DNA of 24,647 nucleotides, taken from the IMG/VR virus record IMGVR_UViG_3300037863_000278, positions 1 through 24,647 of that record. One strand, 5' to 3'. This document shows positions 24,477 to 24,647 of this stretch, piece by piece. Position 1 is the first letter of the stretch; each line of letters starts with the position of its first letter. The notes beneath the pieces were generated by a model. That model was not told the origin of the DNA and ran no database searches. It saw only the letters and a list, made by a program, of their open reading frames with translations. The position numbers and the translations under genes are program-made. The stretch comes from a virus. Taxonomy: Duplodnaviria; Caudoviricetes.

Positions 24477-24647
24477 CAGATGCTGCACCGAAGCGCCGCC
24501 TGCGCTGCGCCATCTACACCCGCAAATCCAGCGAGGAAGGGCTCGAGCAGGAGTTCAACTCGCTGCACGCCCAGCGTGAGTCCTGCGAGGCCTATATCGC
24601 CAGCCAGCGGTCCGAAGGCTGGGTGCTGGTCCGTGACCAGTATGATG
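24473..24647 (+). CDS. Large serine recombinase / integrase (N-terminal part only)
   Basis: Translated by hand from ATG 24473 (ATGA overlap): [58 protein letters not shown], containing the YxRxS catalytic serine motif. Confidence 0.93.
   Translation, partial: MTDAAPKRRLRCAIYTRKSSEEGLEQEFNSLHAQRESCEAYIASQRSEGWVLVRDQYD

Larger units (their letters stand above)
1..24647. mobile_element. Prophage (HK97-fold siphovirus-like, large serine recombinase type), truncated at both window edges
   Basis: Contiguous head morphogenesis, packaging, replication, immunity and recombinase modules. Tail genes presumably continue left and the recombinase continues right. No att site was identified in the window. 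Confidence 0.96.

Overview
The window lies entirely inside a GC-rich temperate siphovirus-type prophage, probably alphaproteobacterial (inferred from protein families). Most genes are on the minus strand. Read from right to left they are: an XRE repressor with an ImmA/IrrE metallopeptidase; two large uncharacterised genes; an AlpA/excisionase-like HTH gene; a recombination/replication module (Sak4-like ATPase, SSB-like protein, SF2 helicase, Cas4-like nuclease, primase-helicase, probable origin, RuvC-like resolvase); a candidate late regulator; an HNH nuclease; two small genes; a ParB-MTase fusion; and TerS/TerL, portal, protease, HK97 capsid and head-completion genes. Plus-strand genes are an inserted SNase-like nuclease + HigBA cassette and, at the right edge, a small ORF, DUF2924 and the start of a large serine recombinase. 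The most interesting signal is a possible three-tier regulatory cascade readable from cis-elements. (1) Two promoters with identical hexamers (TTGACC-N17-TACGCT), each overlapped by the same palindromic operator, drive the repressor operon and the two-gene unknown operon. (2) The second unknown protein ends in an OmpR-like winged helix and is followed by four CC(T)(A/T)CC boxes at 11-12 bp spacing, in front of a -35-less promoter for the excision/replication operon. (3) A pR'-like promoter with an immediate terminator precedes the late genes. All functional calls come from motif recognition only; no searches were run.
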